Origin: Methanomicrobia archaeon
GTDB taxonomy: Archaea > Halobacteriota > Bog-38 > Methanoflorentales > Methanoflorentaceae
DNA: 64,000 bases
NCBI GenBank assembly: GCA_015661395.1
Contig: JACWML010000010.1
Span: 2,499-66,498, forward strand
Reading direction: 5' to 3'
The position numbers and the translations under genes are program-made. This document shows positions 1 to 11,285 of this stretch, piece after piece. The notes below the pieces were generated by a model. It did not search any database. It worked only from the letters and a program-made list of their open reading frames with translations, and had not been told where the DNA came from. Position 1 is the first letter of the stretch; each line of letters opens with the position of its first letter.

Positions 1-468
1 TATAAAATCGCCAAGGAAAAGATCGATATCGCGGAAATGGTCGAAGGCGTGATTGAAGTCTATTCAGCGGCGTTTGCTTTGAAGCATACGCCAGAAATCG
101 CGTTAACGAGCAGAAGTTTGATGGGAGTCACGGTTCCCGAAGTATCATTTACCGCGATTAGCCATAGCATAGATGAGCGCGGGTACGGCATAATAGGGAC
201 GTCATCGGCGATTGACGAAGCTGCAGCCGCATACGAGGAGCTGTTGGACAAGATTATACGTGCGGCTGAAGTCGAAACCGCAGTCAAGCGACTGCTTATG
301 GAAATTGAAAGGATTAAGCGTCGCGTAAACGCGCTTGAGTTTCGGGTTATCCCGGACTTAAAAGAGGCCGAGGCGTTCATCATGTTCAGGCTTGAAGAGA
401 TGGAACGCGAAAATATTTTCAGGCTTAAGAAAATCAAGAAAAAAGCGGCGAGTTCTGAAGCCGCGTGA
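1..468 (+). CDS. A/V-type ATP synthase subunit D paralog, C-terminal part. The 5' end is cut by the window edge and the frame is open from nt 1.
   Basis: Translation YKIAKEKIDIAEMVEGV...RGYGIIGTSSAIDEAAAAYEELLDKIIRAAEVETAVKRLLMEIERIKRRVNALEFRVIPDLKEAE aligns residue for residue with the AtpD at 1086..1775 ([62 protein letters not shown]), about 40% identity by eye. It is convergent with the main atp operon. Confidence 0.7.
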   Translation, partial: YKIAKEKIDIAEMVEGVIEVYSAAFALKHTPEIALTSRSLMGVTVPEVSFTAISHSIDERGYGIIGTSSAIDEAAAAYEELLDKIIRAAEVETAVKRLLMEIERIKRRVNALEFRVIPDLKEAEAFIMFRLEEMERENIFRLKKIKKKAASSEAA

Positions 469-696
469 CACAGATCTTTTCGTCGTAACCAACGTATCTG
501 TGGCGGTCGCCTTTCTCTGAGACACCGCTGTGGGATATGTGGCCGACACACTGCGCATAACCACCGATCAAAGGAAAAAATGGGTCATGCTCTGTTCGCG
601 CGAACCGCCGCGGTGCTAGGTTCGATAGGCAGCTCTTAAGAATTGATTTCCAAAAAAGATATCTAAACGTAGCTAGAATACGATTAGGGTAGTGTT

Positions 697-1026
697 ATGC
701 CTGAAGCCCATGACGAGGAAGTTGGAAGACGGCTATTTCAAATACACAAGGAAAAAGCCGTTGAAGTTGCACTCGAAAAAATACGGCGAAAAATGCCGTC
801 TGAGTGGAAGTCATTCACTTCAACAGACATTGACGTGCTCAAGCACATCCTAGGTGAGGCGTGGGTCTGCATCAAGCGGAGCGATTGGGAGGGCATCTCT
901 TTCGCAAAGTTGACCCAGAAAGATTTACAGGTAATCATAGAAATCGCAAATCAAGTGAGTAGTAAGGAAAAACCGGAAAAAATAGCGGTTGATGAGGTTT
1001 GCTCTGCGATAATAACTAAGGAATAA
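697..1026 (+). CDS. hypothetical small protein (109 aa) between the two convergent atpD genes
   Basis: Clean ATG ORF, helical K/E-rich composition, no recognisable motif. Confidence 0.35.
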   Translation: MPEAHDEEVGRRLFQIHKEKAVEVALEKIRRKMPSEWKSFTSTDIDVLKHILGEAWVCIKRSDWEGISFAKLTQKDLQVIIEIANQVSSKEKPEKIAVDEVCSAIITKE

Positions 1027-1085
1027 CCCTTCTTACCGGTCCCGAGAAGGCGTAACCCCGTCGTTTTTTTGCCAGTCGACGCAGG

Positions 1086-1775
1086 CTAGACGATCGGACT
1101 TACGCCGCGCCCATAAGAAGCAGCCGGCTGCTTTTTCTTTGTAGCCTTCCGTCTTCGTTCGAGGATCTTTTTTACCTTCTTCAGCCGGTACAAATCCTCC
1201 CTCTCCCGCTCTTCAATGGATATCTTGATGTATTTGGCTTGGCTTTTTAGCTCAGGTATGAGTACTTGTTCGAGGGCGTTTACGCGCCTTCTGTTCATTT
1301 GAATCTCGTCTCCGAGCCTGCGAAGAGATGTTTCAGTTTCTGCCAGCCCGATGATCAGATCTAGCTCCGCTTCATACCGCTCTGCCGTTTCGTCAATCCG
1401 GCCGCTCGTCCCTATCATACTGTAACCCCGTTCGAGGACGCTTTTTGTGACCGTTTTTCGCTCAACGAGAGGAACGGGAACCCCCATTATGTTTTTTCCC
1501 CGAATCTCAAGGGTCAGGGATCGTTTCGTTGCAAAAGAAGCGGATTTCAGAGCTGTAAGATCGTCGACGGCTTCGGCGACGCACAGCGAGCGCTGCGCGG
1601 CGACTGCTGCGGTCTCCAGTTCTTCTCGCGATTTGGAAACCGAGACCATAATGTGAAAAAACTCCTGAATGAGGGCGTCCATTTTTTCGCGCAAGAGGTC
1701 TCGTCCTTGCTCCGCTAGCTTTATTTGAGCCCTCTTCTTGATGAGTTCCATTCTGGTCGGATTAACTTGTTCCAC
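1086..1775 (-). CDS. atpD: A-type ATP synthase subunit D
   Basis: 229 aa. Coiled-coil D-subunit signature, last gene of the atpHIKECFABD order, overlaps the atpB stop. Confidence 0.9.
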   Translation of the reverse strand: MEQVNPTRMELIKKRAQIKLAEQGRDLLREKMDALIQEFFHIMVSVSKSREELETAAVAAQRSLCVAEAVDDLTALKSASFATKRSLTLEIRGKNIMGVPVPLVERKTVTKSVLERGYSMIGTSGRIDETAERYEAELDLIIGLAETETSLRRLGDEIQMNRRRVNALEQVLIPELKSQAKYIKISIEEREREDLYRLKKVKKILERRRKATKKKQPAASYGRGVSPIV

Positions 1776-3174
1776 GTGATTTCCCCTTGTAGACCGGGTG
1801 GTATTTTTGAATGTAATCCAACTTGATTCGCTTGAGCTCTTCTTCGGGAAGCATTGAGAAGAGATCCCAAGCTATCGCGAAGGTGGTTTCGATATTTCGG
1901 TCTTCATCTCCTTGTGAGATGAATTTCCGCTCAAATTCGTCTGCGAACTCCAGATATTTCTTATCCAATTCAGTCAACGCTTCCTCCCCCACAATCGCTA
2001 CCAGTCGTCTCAAATCTCTGCCGTAGGCGTACGAAGCGTAGAGCTGATCTGCTACGTTCCGGTGATCTTCCCTGGTTTTTTCGGCTCCAATCCCTAGGTT
2101 CATCAGTCGAGACAAGCACGGGAGCGCGTCGATGGGAGGATCAACTCCTCTCCGGTACAGGTCTCTGCTCAACACGATTTGCCCTTCGGTAATATAGCCT
2201 GTCAAATCCGGCACAGGGTGGGTAATATCATCATCGGGCATAGTTAGGATCGGAATTTGGGTAATAGATCCGCTTTTTCCTTTAATCCGTCCTGCGCGTT
2301 CATAGATTGACGCGAGGTCCGTATACATGTATCCTGGGTAGCCTCGGCGGCCCGGAACCTCCTCGCGCGCGGTGGAGATCTCTCTCAAAGCCTCGCAGTA
2401 ATTCGTCATGTCAGTGAGAATAACTAGCACGTGCAGGTTGTGGGTATAAGCGAGGTATTCTGCAACGGACAAAGCGCACCGAGGTGTTGCGACGCGCTCA
2501 ATAGTCGGGTCGTCTGCCAAATTCATGAAGAATACCACGCGCTCGAGCGCCCCTGTCCGTTCGAAATCCGTCATGAAGAATGACGCATCTTTGTAAGTAA
2601 TGCCCATTGCAGCGAAAATGACCGCAAAGTTCTCTCCCTCGCCTAGCACTTTCGCCTGGCGCGCGATTTGAGCGGCTAACCTGTTTGCCGGCAAGCCGGA
2701 ACCAGAGAATATCGGCAGCTTTTGTCCACGAACTAGGGTGTTTAAGCCATCAATGGCGGACATTCCCGTTTGAATAAAGTCCGCCGGTTTGTCCCGTGCG
2801 TACGGATTTATTGGGGTCCCAGCGATATCCACGCTGTCCTCAGAAATGATGGCAGGGCCCCCATCTCTTGGGTTGCCAACGCCGTCGAAAATCCTTCCAA
2901 GCATGTCAAGAGAGACATCTATTTTCGGCGGTTCCCCTGTAAATCTGACCCGTGTTTCAAGGTCGTCTATGCCGCTAGTCCCCTCAAAGACTTGAATAAC
3001 TGCGAGCTCTCGAGAAACGTCTAGAACTTGACCAGTCCGTTCTTCGCCATTGGGAAGTGTAATCTTGGCAGTCTCTCCGAATGACACTCCTTTCACGTTC
3101 TCGGTGAATATCAACGGCCCAGACACATAGTTGATCGTTTTGTACTCTTTGGTGAGCAGACTAGGGGAGGTCAT
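1762..3174 (-). CDS. atpB: A-type ATP synthase subunit B (regulatory/beta-like)
   Basis: 470 aa. Conserved B-subunit blocks ([37 protein letters not shown]). Position in the operon. Confidence 0.95.
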   Translation of the reverse strand: MTSPSLLTKEYKTINYVSGPLIFTENVKGVSFGETAKITLPNGEERTGQVLDVSRELAVIQVFEGTSGIDDLETRVRFTGEPPKIDVSLDMLGRIFDGVGNPRDGGPAIISEDSVDIAGTPINPYARDKPADFIQTGMSAIDGLNTLVRGQKLPIFSGSGLPANRLAAQIARQAKVLGEGENFAVIFAAMGITYKDASFFMTDFERTGALERVVFFMNLADDPTIERVATPRCALSVAEYLAYTHNLHVLVILTDMTNYCEALREISTAREEVPGRRGYPGYMYTDLASIYERAGRIKGKSGSITQIPILTMPDDDITHPVPDLTGYITEGQIVLSRDLYRRGVDPPIDALPCLSRLMNLGIGAEKTREDHRNVADQLYASYAYGRDLRRLVAIVGEEALTELDKKYLEFADEFERKFISQGDEDRNIETTFAIAWDLFSMLPEEELKRIKLDYIQKYHPVYKGKSRGTS

Positions 3175-4910
3175 TGTGCGACCTCCAGAGATGCGACACT
3201 TGTATCTATTTTGTCCAGGAGGCCTTTGATGGTGGCCACATCTTCTTGTTCCTTCATGCGCGCGATATCGGTTTTGACTGGCAAGTCAAGCAGTTGCTGG
3301 AGCGAAGCCCCTTTGCTCAGCGCATCGGTTATTGCATCGTGGAAGGTAAGGATTGCTTTCAACATCCAGTACTGCTTCTCAAGGGGGCAGAAAGAGTCGA
3401 CCTCGTCAAACGCGCTTTGTTGTAAGAAGTCCTCACGCACCATTCTCGTTACCTCTAAAATCGCCTTCTCGCTCTCTGGCAAGGCATCAGGGCCCACAAG
3501 TTGAACGATCTCCTGCAATTCGACCTCCTTTTGGAGAAGAAACATCGTTTTGTCTCGGAGCTCTCTCCAGTCGCGCGCGATGTTCTCTGCAAACCAGTCT
3601 TGGACGCTTTCTATGTAGAGACTATAGCTGTTGATCCAATTGACGGCCGGAAAATGTCTTCTGTACGCAAGGCTGGTATCCAAGGCCCAGAACGCGCCGG
3701 CTATCCGCAACGTGTTTTGTGTTATCGGTTCTGAGAAATCGCCTCCTGGTGGCGACACTGCCCCGACGACCGTGATAGATCCAGCTCGTCCATCAGAGCC
3801 CAAACAAACAACCCCGCCGGCACGTTCGTAAAAGGCGGCCAATCGTGTCGCGAGATAGGCGGGATATCCCTCCTCGCCAGGCATCTCTTCAAGCCGGCCT
3901 GAGACCTCCCTAAGCGCTTCTCCCCATCGTGAGGTCGAGTCTGCCATTAAAGCGACGTCATATCCCATGTCGCGGTAATATTCAGCCATTGTAATCCCTG
4001 TATAAATCGAGGCCTCCCTCGCTGCGACGGGCATGTTTGAGGTGTTCGCGATCATGATGGTTCTTTCGATCAAGGGTTGTTGGGTGCGAGGATCAACGAG
4101 CTCCGGAAACTCGGTAAGTACGTCAGTCATCTCGTTGCCTCGCTCCCCACAGCCGATGTACACTACAATCTGAGCATCTGCCCATTTGGCGAGCGTTTGT
4201 TCTGACACCGTCTTTCCGGTGCCGAATCCACCAGGAATCATGGCGGTGCCGCCTTTAGTCACGGGAAATATGCAATCAAAAATGCGTTGTCCCGTGAGCA
4301 AGGGTAACGTGGGGTCCAGCTTCTTGGCGTACGGCCTCCCGATTCGCACCGGCCATTTTTGCATCAGCGTTATGTTTGTATCGTTGTCTAAGGTACACAC
4401 CGTGTCTTCTACGGTGAATTCTCCGCTTTCTATTTTGGTTACCGTCCCAGAGACGTGAGGCGGAACCATAATCTTGTGTTCAATGTGGTACTCGTATACG
4501 CTGCCAACGACGTCTCCCGATTCGAGTGCATCACCTTTGTTCACTGAAGCGGTGAACTCCCACTTTCGGTCTCTGTCCACGCCAGGCACCGTGATACCTC
4601 GCGAAATGAAATCGCCGCTTTTTTCCATTAGTATCGGCAGAGGCCTCTGAATCCCGTCATATATGGACGAAATTATTCCGGGACCCAGCTCGACGCTCAG
4701 CGGACTCCCGGTATTCACCACCGTCTCTCCAACTTTTAGTCCTGAGGTGTCCTCATACACTTGAATGACGGCTTCATCTGCGTCTAATCGTATGATCTCG
4801 CCGTTAAGCTGCTCGTCACCGACTCGGACGACGTCGTACAATTTGGACCCTCTCATGTCGAGAGCGTAGACGACCGGGCCCGAAATCCGCGCGATGGATC
4901 CCTGCAACAT
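3171..4910 (-). CDS. atpA: A-type ATP synthase catalytic subunit A
   Basis: 579 aa. P-loop [27 protein letters not shown] block, no intein. Confidence 0.95.
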   Translation of the reverse strand: MLQGSIARISGPVVYALDMRGSKLYDVVRVGDEQLNGEIIRLDADEAVIQVYEDTSGLKVGETVVNTGSPLSVELGPGIISSIYDGIQRPLPILMEKSGDFISRGITVPGVDRDRKWEFTASVNKGDALESGDVVGSVYEYHIEHKIMVPPHVSGTVTKIESGEFTVEDTVCTLDNDTNITLMQKWPVRIGRPYAKKLDPTLPLLTGQRIFDCIFPVTKGGTAMIPGGFGTGKTVSEQTLAKWADAQIVVYIGCGERGNEMTDVLTEFPELVDPRTQQPLIERTIMIANTSNMPVAAREASIYTGITMAEYYRDMGYDVALMADSTSRWGEALREVSGRLEEMPGEEGYPAYLATRLAAFYERAGGVVCLGSDGRAGSITVVGAVSPPGGDFSEPITQNTLRIAGAFWALDTSLAYRRHFPAVNWINSYSLYIESVQDWFAENIARDWRELRDKTMFLLQKEVELQEIVQLVGPDALPESEKAILEVTRMVREDFLQQSAFDEVDSFCPLEKQYWMLKAILTFHDAITDALSKGASLQQLLDLPVKTDIARMKEQEDVATIKGLLDKIDTSVASLEVAQ

Positions 4911-4913
4911 GTC

Positions 4914-5234
4914 CTATCGCCTCACCACGATGTTGTACCCAATCGCCCTGCGCAGCATCCGTTCGATGTAGTCGGTGCGATCGATCTGTCTTGTTCTCGA
5001 AGGTATCGGAATGATTATTGGTCTGTGCAGCTTTTCGATTTTTTCCATGAGCTTATCGTCCAATGAAGCCATAAAATCCTCGTTCACCGCGACAATGCCG
5101 GTGTCATCCTTAAATAACAAAGGGGGGATTATGCTCATAGCCTCCGCTAAGGTAGCCACTTCGAGAACCTCGACTCCCGCCAGCCGAAAACCCGGTGCCG
5201 TTTCTGGGTCGGTTACGACTACAAATTTATACAA
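4914..5234 (-). CDS. atpF: A-type ATP synthase subunit F
   Basis: 106 aa. Size and position between atpC and atpA. Confidence 0.8.
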   Translation of the reverse strand: MYKFVVVTDPETAPGFRLAGVEVLEVATLAEAMSIIPPLLFKDDTGIVAVNEDFMASLDDKLMEKIEKLHRPIIIPIPSRTRQIDRTDYIERMLRRAIGYNIVVRR

Positions 5235-6285
5235 AGACCAGTTCCTCCATCACTTCCTTTTCTGGCACGTACTCGGACTTGCACATCGCTATGATCCGGA
5301 TGTTGGTGATCTCGTTGAGCTTGGCCCACAAATAACCAATGACCAAGGCAAGACTTAGCGGATCGCCAGAGAACAAACTCAGGGCTTTTTGTAAGAGAAA
5401 CTTATCGAGCTCTTTTTCAAATGGGGATATCTTTTCTGCGGTGATGTACTGGTCCGGAAGCTGGGCGAGGAAGGCGTAAGAAGTGCCCGCCAATTGTTTG
5501 GTAACGCCGTCCATCGTTCGAGCTTTGCTTAAAGCCGAGAGCTTATCGACGTTTAACTCTTTTCCCCCGGAAATGAAGTAGTACTGGGGGTCCTCAAGTT
5601 CAACCTTGTCGCGAATGATCCGCAAAACGTTTTTTATGTTGGTCACGTCTATTTCCGTCCGCACTATCCCCCGAATGATCCCTTCATCGTAAGAATCACC
5701 AGCGACGGCGTCTAGAGCGTGGTTATAGTAAAACTTGTCGAGAGCATACTCCAACACAACGAGATCTCGCGTTTCGCTGAATTCCTTAAAATGTTGCGTT
5801 AACGGCCGTGAATATTCGATCCCCCACGTCGCAAGTAAGTCAATAACTGCTTTGACATCTGGTTGCTTAATCATCTCGGTGAGCGTCGCATCGCTAAGCG
5901 CTCCGGCAGGTGCAAGGCTCTCTGCGATCTCTTCAGGCACCTCTTGGATATTTTTCCCTCTCAAGATCGTCTTTATGTTTTGGATGTCCCATTTGTTCAG
6001 GAATATGTTAATAAGCGTTTCAGCGTCTTCGCCTTTCACAAAACTTAATATCAATCGAAAGGTCTTGCTGAGATTCCGCCGCAGCGCGTCTTCGACGCAC
6101 GCGAGACCGATATATTTGACACTCGCATCTTCTAGGTCTTGTCGGTACGGCGTGTTTTCTAACTCGTCGACAAAGGAGTTGATGTCCATTTTGGCCCCTA
6201 AGGCCTCGAGTTCTTTCCGCTCAAGGAGACGGCTTTTCATGCCCCTTATGCGCGCACCGATGTACTCGTAGTCCACCTTAGTCAC
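5227..6285 (-). CDS. atpC: A-type ATP synthase subunit C
   Basis: 352 aa helical protein in the canonical operon position. Confidence 0.85.
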   Translation of the reverse strand: MTKVDYEYIGARIRGMKSRLLERKELEALGAKMDINSFVDELENTPYRQDLEDASVKYIGLACVEDALRRNLSKTFRLILSFVKGEDAETLINIFLNKWDIQNIKTILRGKNIQEVPEEIAESLAPAGALSDATLTEMIKQPDVKAVIDLLATWGIEYSRPLTQHFKEFSETRDLVVLEYALDKFYYNHALDAVAGDSYDEGIIRGIVRTEIDVTNIKNVLRIIRDKVELEDPQYYFISGGKELNVDKLSALSKARTMDGVTKQLAGTSYAFLAQLPDQYITAEKISPFEKELDKFLLQKALSLFSGDPLSLALVIGYLWAKLNEITNIRIIAMCKSEYVPEKEVMEELVFV

Positions 6286-6952
6286 CGAATAGCGTGGAAA
6301 AGATCTCTCGTTTCAGGAGTTCTTTGGCATTGTTCAGTCTTGATTCAATCGTATTGGTTACGACCACCTTTCCGTCTTTGGTGCTGACGGCTAAACCTCC
6401 TGCGCTGGTCAAATCACCGACGATCTCGGAGTTCCGGCCTAGTTCATCTAACACCTGCCTGCATAGAGTTTCGTCCCGCGTATCGATATGAAGGCTTACC
6501 TTCTCTCCTTCGAGTTCGCGAACCGCTTCTTGGAGCATCTTCTTGAAATCTTCTTTGTAACTGGGGTTATCTCTAAAACTGTCTAAACTTTTTTTTGCGT
6601 CGAAAAACGCTCGATGTATGACTGCGTCCTTCTCTTTTATGATCCGCATTTTATTTTCGGCCTTGGCGTTGTAAATCAGTTTGTTTCGCTCTATCTCAGC
6701 CGATTTTTGTGCGTTCTCGCAGTGTGAGGCCTTAATCGCCTCAGCCTTTGCTTCTGCGCTTCTTTTTATTTCTGCGGCTTCTTGATGCGCCTTTTGTATC
6801 ATCTCTGTGATACCCTTTTCAGCGCTTACCCCCATCGACGCAATCAAATTTTCGTATGTCATTCGCCCCAACAGCCTTTTTTTCGGCTCTCCTTTGATGA
6901 GCAGTTTTTTTTGCGCGCTAGCGACTAGATTCCGATTGGTATTCTGAAACAA
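6278..6952 (-). CDS. atpE: A-type ATP synthase subunit E
   Basis: Charged coiled-coil N-terminus (AEIKRSAEAKAEAIKA) and globular C-terminus. The true start is probably an internal Met (MTYENLIASMGVS...). Confidence 0.8.
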   Translation of the reverse strand: MFQNTNRNLVASAQKKLLIKGEPKKRLLGRMTYENLIASMGVSAEKGITEMIQKAHQEAAEIKRSAEAKAEAIKASHCENAQKSAEIERNKLIYNAKAENKMRIIKEKDAVIHRAFFDAKKSLDSFRDNPSYKEDFKKMLQEAVRELEGEKVSLHIDTRDETLCRQVLDELGRNSEIVGDLTSAGGLAVSTKDGKVVVTNTIESRLNNAKELLKREIFSTLFGD

Positions 6953-7013
6953 CAGGAGATTTCATTGTAAACCCAGCAGTGTGCAGCGCCACCATTGAAA
7001 GGCCTAAGCGTCG

Positions 7014-7238
7014 TCACATCGTAGGCAGAACGAAAAGGATAATCGCAGCGACAACGAAGCCTAAAATGACTAAAGTTTCTGGAAGTGCCACAAACACGAG
7101 CGCTAAGCCGAATAATTCTGGTTTTTCTGCAATCACTCCTGCTCCTGCTGCACCGATTCTTGCCTGAGCTATCCCAGTTCCGAGTGCACCCAATCCAAAA
7201 GCTATTCCCGCACCAATCGCTATCGACCAATCGAGCAT
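7014..7238 (-). CDS. atpK: A-type ATP synthase proteolipid subunit K (c subunit, single hairpin)
   Basis: 74 aa with two TM helices, a Gly-rich helix 1, and the conserved carboxylate in helix 2 (ALPETLVILG). Confidence 0.85.
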   Translation of the reverse strand: MLDWSIAIGAGIAFGLGALGTGIAQARIGAAGAGVIAEKPELFGLALVFVALPETLVILGFVVAAIILFVLPTM

Positions 7239-7469
7239 TTTTCCAACTCCTATGGTTTTTTTGTCAGCACCGCGTCTTACGGTAACATCGTGATCCCACG
7301 CGGATTTGCGACTTGGATCCCAATAATATTCTACTCGGTGGCGCGCTTGCTTGTCGCATATCTGCGTTCATGTCCTCCACCTTCGCAGAGAGGTTTGATG
7401 ACCTTTTTTTGCCCCCGCTCTACAGACGGCTTCGACGTCGTGCGCTGCATAAAAGCTACCTCCGGACTC

Positions 7470-9392
7470 TCACTTTGCCGTCCCCCGCTTGAAAGGATCG
7501 TACGATCTGCCCCCGCCCTCATAAAACTTTGAATAGAATTCTACGATATGTAGCCTGAGTGCTTGAATCGAGGGGCTAAACATACACAGGACGACATTTA
7601 ATCCGTGAAGCAACACCGCTACCAAAAGACCTACCAATACGATTCCCATTGAGCTTCCTAGCTCATTGGCTACAAGCGCGAGTACTACGGAAGCCATCCC
7701 TATTGCCATGAGTCTCGCGTACGAGAGGACGTTTGTAAACGTACTCATGACTTCTATTGCTCCGGCAATTCCGCCTCCATACATGACTAGCGGGAGTCCA
7801 ATGACGAGTAGAACTATGCCGGGCGCTACGAGTATAGAGGGAACCACTGCAACTATCGCGAGCAGAATCACTATGATGCTCGCCAAGGTGAGGATCATGC
7901 CAACCCTGGTACATACAAGCTTTTGATTGCTGCGTCTGCGCGCGTTCACCACCCCTATGCCGAGGCCAAAGAATACGTGAAATACCCCGATGGCGACCGT
8001 GAAAATGATCAGCGGCACGATAATTTTAATCCTATCTAATGTCACCCCATCTATCGTTACGGGCTGTATCCAGCCCATCATTTGCCCGAGATTTCCGAAG
8101 AACTCGCCATAGAGATAGCCAAAGAACATTGTGGGAATTGAGCAGATGATCAGGATGTTCATCAGTTGCTTGATTGTGGGACTGCGTTGTCCGTAGAACC
8201 ATCTCACCACCAGCGCAAACACGAGTATACAGATGCCGTACCCAATGTCGCCTACCATGAGGCCAAAGAAGAACGGGAAAAACAGCGCGAGCAGCAGTGT
8301 CGGCTCAATCTCGCCGGACCGTGGTGTACCTATCAAATTGCTGAGAGTCTCAAAGGGCTTGACAATTCGCGGATTGTCGTAACACGACGGCGCGTTGTAG
8401 TTCTCCTCTCGACTTACGCTAAGGTCGTTTACGATGACTCTGCCTTCAAATGCCTTTTTTAATGCATTTTTAGTGTTTGCGAGCTGCTTTTGTGGCACCC
8501 AACCAATCATAACGAAGGTGTAGTCTGTCTGCCCGAACTTGGTGAAAACACTGAGCTCTTCATTCCTGTCCTCAAGCACTTCTTTGAGCACGCTGAGCTT
8601 CGGGTACCAGTTCCTCGACAGTTCTACTAACTCCTCGTTGACGGCGCTCATTTCGACCGTTGATTTCTGCCGTTGTTCGTCGACTAATGTCAGAACCTGG
8701 TCAAATGGCTTATCCAGATATTCGGGCGGGAGTCGAACTTCATTCACATTTTGGGACCAAATAAATGAGTGGACCTGGTCAGAATACCTTTTATTAAACA
8801 CCGTCACCGCAGCCGTCGTCGCCTCGTCGACATCCGCTGACATGAGCTCAAATTGGTTGTGCGTGATCTCGACTAGCGCTGAGCGAACAATCTCGAGGAC
8901 ATCCTTAAATTCCCTTTGGATGAGAATTACGGTGACTTCAAACCCCTCTAAAATAGGAAGTTGAGCCTCCAAAGGCTGCAGCTTCTCAATAACTTCTTCG
9001 TAATGAGTGAGATTCGTAAGCGTAAATTCAATATCACTTTTTCGCGTAGCTAGCTCTTTGGTTACCGTCTCGAGCTCGCCGATAACCTGGTTTGCCTCGT
9101 CGACGAGCTCATCATCATTTTTCCACCGAAGTCCCTCATAGATTTGGGTCTTTAGCGCCTCGTTCACGGGCATCGTGGGGAGCAGGTGAAACATCCCGCT
9201 GACTTTGACTAACGCACCTGCGATGTCGATTTTTGGGCTCGCCTGCACGCGTCGCAGCATCGTATCTCCTGGGGCGATAGTCGTCGACGCGTCTTCTAAA
9301 TGAACCGTCCCTAGGTTGTACAGAAAATCAACCGTGCTGTGCAAGTCATCTTTTGGTCCAATGACCTGGATCTTGGTCATTTTCTGCAGCAT
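7470..9392 (-). CDS. atpI: A-type ATP synthase subunit I (a subunit)
   Basis: 640 aa. Soluble N-terminal half followed by a multi-TM C-terminal half. Position upstream of atpK. Confidence 0.85.
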   Translation of the reverse strand: MLQKMTKIQVIGPKDDLHSTVDFLYNLGTVHLEDASTTIAPGDTMLRRVQASPKIDIAGALVKVSGMFHLLPTMPVNEALKTQIYEGLRWKNDDELVDEANQVIGELETVTKELATRKSDIEFTLTNLTHYEEVIEKLQPLEAQLPILEGFEVTVILIQREFKDVLEIVRSALVEITHNQFELMSADVDEATTAAVTVFNKRYSDQVHSFIWSQNVNEVRLPPEYLDKPFDQVLTLVDEQRQKSTVEMSAVNEELVELSRNWYPKLSVLKEVLEDRNEELSVFTKFGQTDYTFVMIGWVPQKQLANTKNALKKAFEGRVIVNDLSVSREENYNAPSCYDNPRIVKPFETLSNLIGTPRSGEIEPTLLLALFFPFFFGLMVGDIGYGICILVFALVVRWFYGQRSPTIKQLMNILIICSIPTMFFGYLYGEFFGNLGQMMGWIQPVTIDGVTLDRIKIIVPLIIFTVAIGVFHVFFGLGIGVVNARRRSNQKLVCTRVGMILTLASIIVILLAIVAVVPSILVAPGIVLLVIGLPLVMYGGGIAGAIEVMSTFTNVLSYARLMAIGMASVVLALVANELGSSMGIVLVGLLVAVLLHGLNVVLCMFSPSIQALRLHIVEFYSKFYEGGGRSYDPFKRGTAK

Positions 9393-9398
9393 ATCGAT

Positions 9399-9722
9399 CT
9401 ACTCCGGAGTCACCGCTTTCACTATTTTTTCTGCGGCCTTGGACAAGTTTTCCTCTCCGCTCTGTCTTGTCAGTTCTGCCTCTTCTGTGCCGAGCCGTTT
9501 CAGCTCTTCTACCTCATTAAGGACGCGCGCTAGTCTTTTTTTGGAGTACTCGTCAGCGGCTTGTGTTCCATCAGTTTCCGCCTTTTTCAAAATATCAGCG
9601 GCTTCCCTTTTAGCGTCTGTGATAATCTGCTCGGCGTCCCGCCGCGCCTGGTCCGCTTTTACGCTTAGTTCTACCTCTTTCCTTCGTATCTGCTGCAATA
9701 CCGACGGCTCTTCCTCAGCCAT
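9399..9722 (-). CDS. atpH: A-type ATP synthase subunit H
   Basis: 107 aa, entirely charged coiled-coil (ARRDAEQIITDAKREAADILKKAE). First gene of the operon. Confidence 0.7.
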   Translation of the reverse strand: MAEEEPSVLQQIRRKEVELSVKADQARRDAEQIITDAKREAADILKKAETDGTQAADEYSKKRLARVLNEVEELKRLGTEEAELTRQSGEENLSKAAEKIVKAVTPE

Positions 9723-9939
9723 TTTTTGCTTCCATCGGAGTTTTGATTTTATAGCCCGCGGCGCGCTTTTAGCTGTGCAGCTATATCATGATCTGGAACG
9801 TGTCGTTCGAGCTTTTTTTGATCGCTATATTTCGTGTTTTCAGCTGCGCGCAAAACGCGCTCTCGACACCTGTCTACTGCTCCTTGTTTCAGTTTATCGA
9901 CTAGCTGTATAACACCGTTATCCACATTGTGTCACCAAG

Positions 9940-9995
9940 GTGTTACATTTTTATCAATATTAATTATGTAAATATAAGTTGGGGGACGATATATG
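9940..9995. promoter_or_regulatory. AT-rich block with TATA-like elements in the 600-bp divergent intergenic region between atpH and the CBS gene
   Basis: tttttatcaatattaattatgtaaatataagtt stands out against the ~58% GC background. A separate TATA-like ttttatg at ~10300 is about 30 bp upstream of the CBS gene start. Confidence 0.3.
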
Positions 9996-10339
9996 TTACG
10001 GTGCAATATTGCTAAGAAAAAGCACCCTTTTTTTGCTTCTCTTAGACAATGAACGAAAAAAGAACCTTACGGGCCATTTTTTGTAATACTCTGCGAGGCG
10101 TATTCTCATACGAGAAAAGCGCTCGATACGGCTGGGGATGGACATGGTTGGTTGTAGCCAGTGTCTGCGCCACAATGCCAGAATTCCGCGGTTTTGAAGG
10201 TTAGCGCGGAGGCATTTGCAAACCTGCACGCGTGAAATCTAATGAAGGCGGTAAGTCTGCGCAACTCCTCTTTTGCAATCCACTCTCAGCACTGTCCAGC
10301 GTGCCCGAGCTTTTATGTACGGAGTTAGCATAATGACTC

Positions 10340-10765
10340 GTGGTGAGGATCGTGAAGCGACTCAAGGTTAGGGACGTGATCGAGCACAGACCGCAGACGA
10401 TTGATCCGAGTGCATCACTCCTTGAGGCGGCAAGGCGCATGGTAGAAGACGCAACAGACGCTTTCATTGTGTCGCCGCTTGAAAAGGATGAGCCATTCGG
10501 CATCATTACCCAGAGAGATATCGTCGATTTGTTCGCCGACGAGGTCGATATTGGCAAAGTGACGGTGGGAGAGATGGCCAGCAAGCCACTCTTCATCGTA
10601 TCTCCAGGAATGCCCATCCTGTACGCTGCTAAGATGTTTCGAAAAGCCGGGGTGAATCATCTGGCCGTCTTCAACGGACAAGAAATCCTCGGGATTATCT
10701 CGTGTGATGACGTCTTGGGAAGCCTTCCCAATTTGATGGAGCAGATCTACAGCGAGTTCGACTAG
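10340..10765 (+). CDS. CBS domain pair protein
   Basis: Two CBS repeats (VRDVIEHRPQTIDPSASLLEAARRM...DAFIV, then VGEMASKPLFIVSPGMPILYAAKMFRKAGVNHLAVFNGQEILGIISCDD). Confidence 0.75.
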   Translation: MVRIVKRLKVRDVIEHRPQTIDPSASLLEAARRMVEDATDAFIVSPLEKDEPFGIITQRDIVDLFADEVDIGKVTVGEMASKPLFIVSPGMPILYAAKMFRKAGVNHLAVFNGQEILGIISCDDVLGSLPNLMEQIYSEFD

Positions 10766-10782
10766 CCGTTTAGCCGACGGTG

Positions 10783-10802
10783 CCCGCACCGCGAGTGCGG
10801 TG
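10783..10802. terminator. GC hairpin downstream of the CBS gene (gcaccgc-gagt-gcggtgc), followed further on by an oligo-T run at ~10880
   Basis: Perfect 7-bp inverted repeat seen directly, 20 nt after the stop codon. Confidence 0.3.
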
Positions 10803-10982
10803 CCTCTGCGCAGGGGGTTCGGCGAGGCGAAGTGCTTTAGGAATGCTTTTAGATTAAGATCCAATCTCGGTTTGACTCGCTTTTTTTCCAAAACTATTAA
10901 GTAGCTATCGTGTAATCATATTACGAAATAGCTTGATGTATAAGCATCTTTGGAGTCTATCTGTCGTATTGAGGCGATCATA

Positions 10983-11285
10983 ATGGCTGAACAACCCCCT
11001 AAGAAACCTGTATTTGAGGACTACGGTATCGATCCTGCGATCTCTGAGATTCAGAATTTCAAGGCTGAAATCGTGTTCGAGCTGAAGAAAGCTGAGGTGC
11101 CATTTCCGATAACGAGTCGCGAACAGCTGATGACCGTGTTTCCCAAGGGCTGGAGCATGCAGTGCTCGATGAAAGGTCAAAAAATAGAGCTTCACGAGTA
11201 CGTTTCCAAAATGAAGGCCGACGAGTTTCCTATCAGGACTGCCGGCGACGTTGCGGACAAGCTTGCGTCGTTTTGCACGATTTAG
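10983..11285 (+). CDS. hypothetical protein (~100 aa)
   Basis: ORF with an ATG at 10983 (MAEQPPKK...). The track's 10950 start is a TTG. No recognisable motif. Confidence 0.4.
   Translation: MAEQPPKKPVFEDYGIDPAISEIQNFKAEIVFELKKAEVPFPITSREQLMTVFPKGWSMQCSMKGQKIELHEYVSKMKADEFPIRTAGDVADKLASFCTI

Noticed and set aside
5735-6271. 178-aa plus-strand ORF inside atpC
   Set aside because: Ser/Arg-rich antisense product of a confidently assigned ATPase gene.
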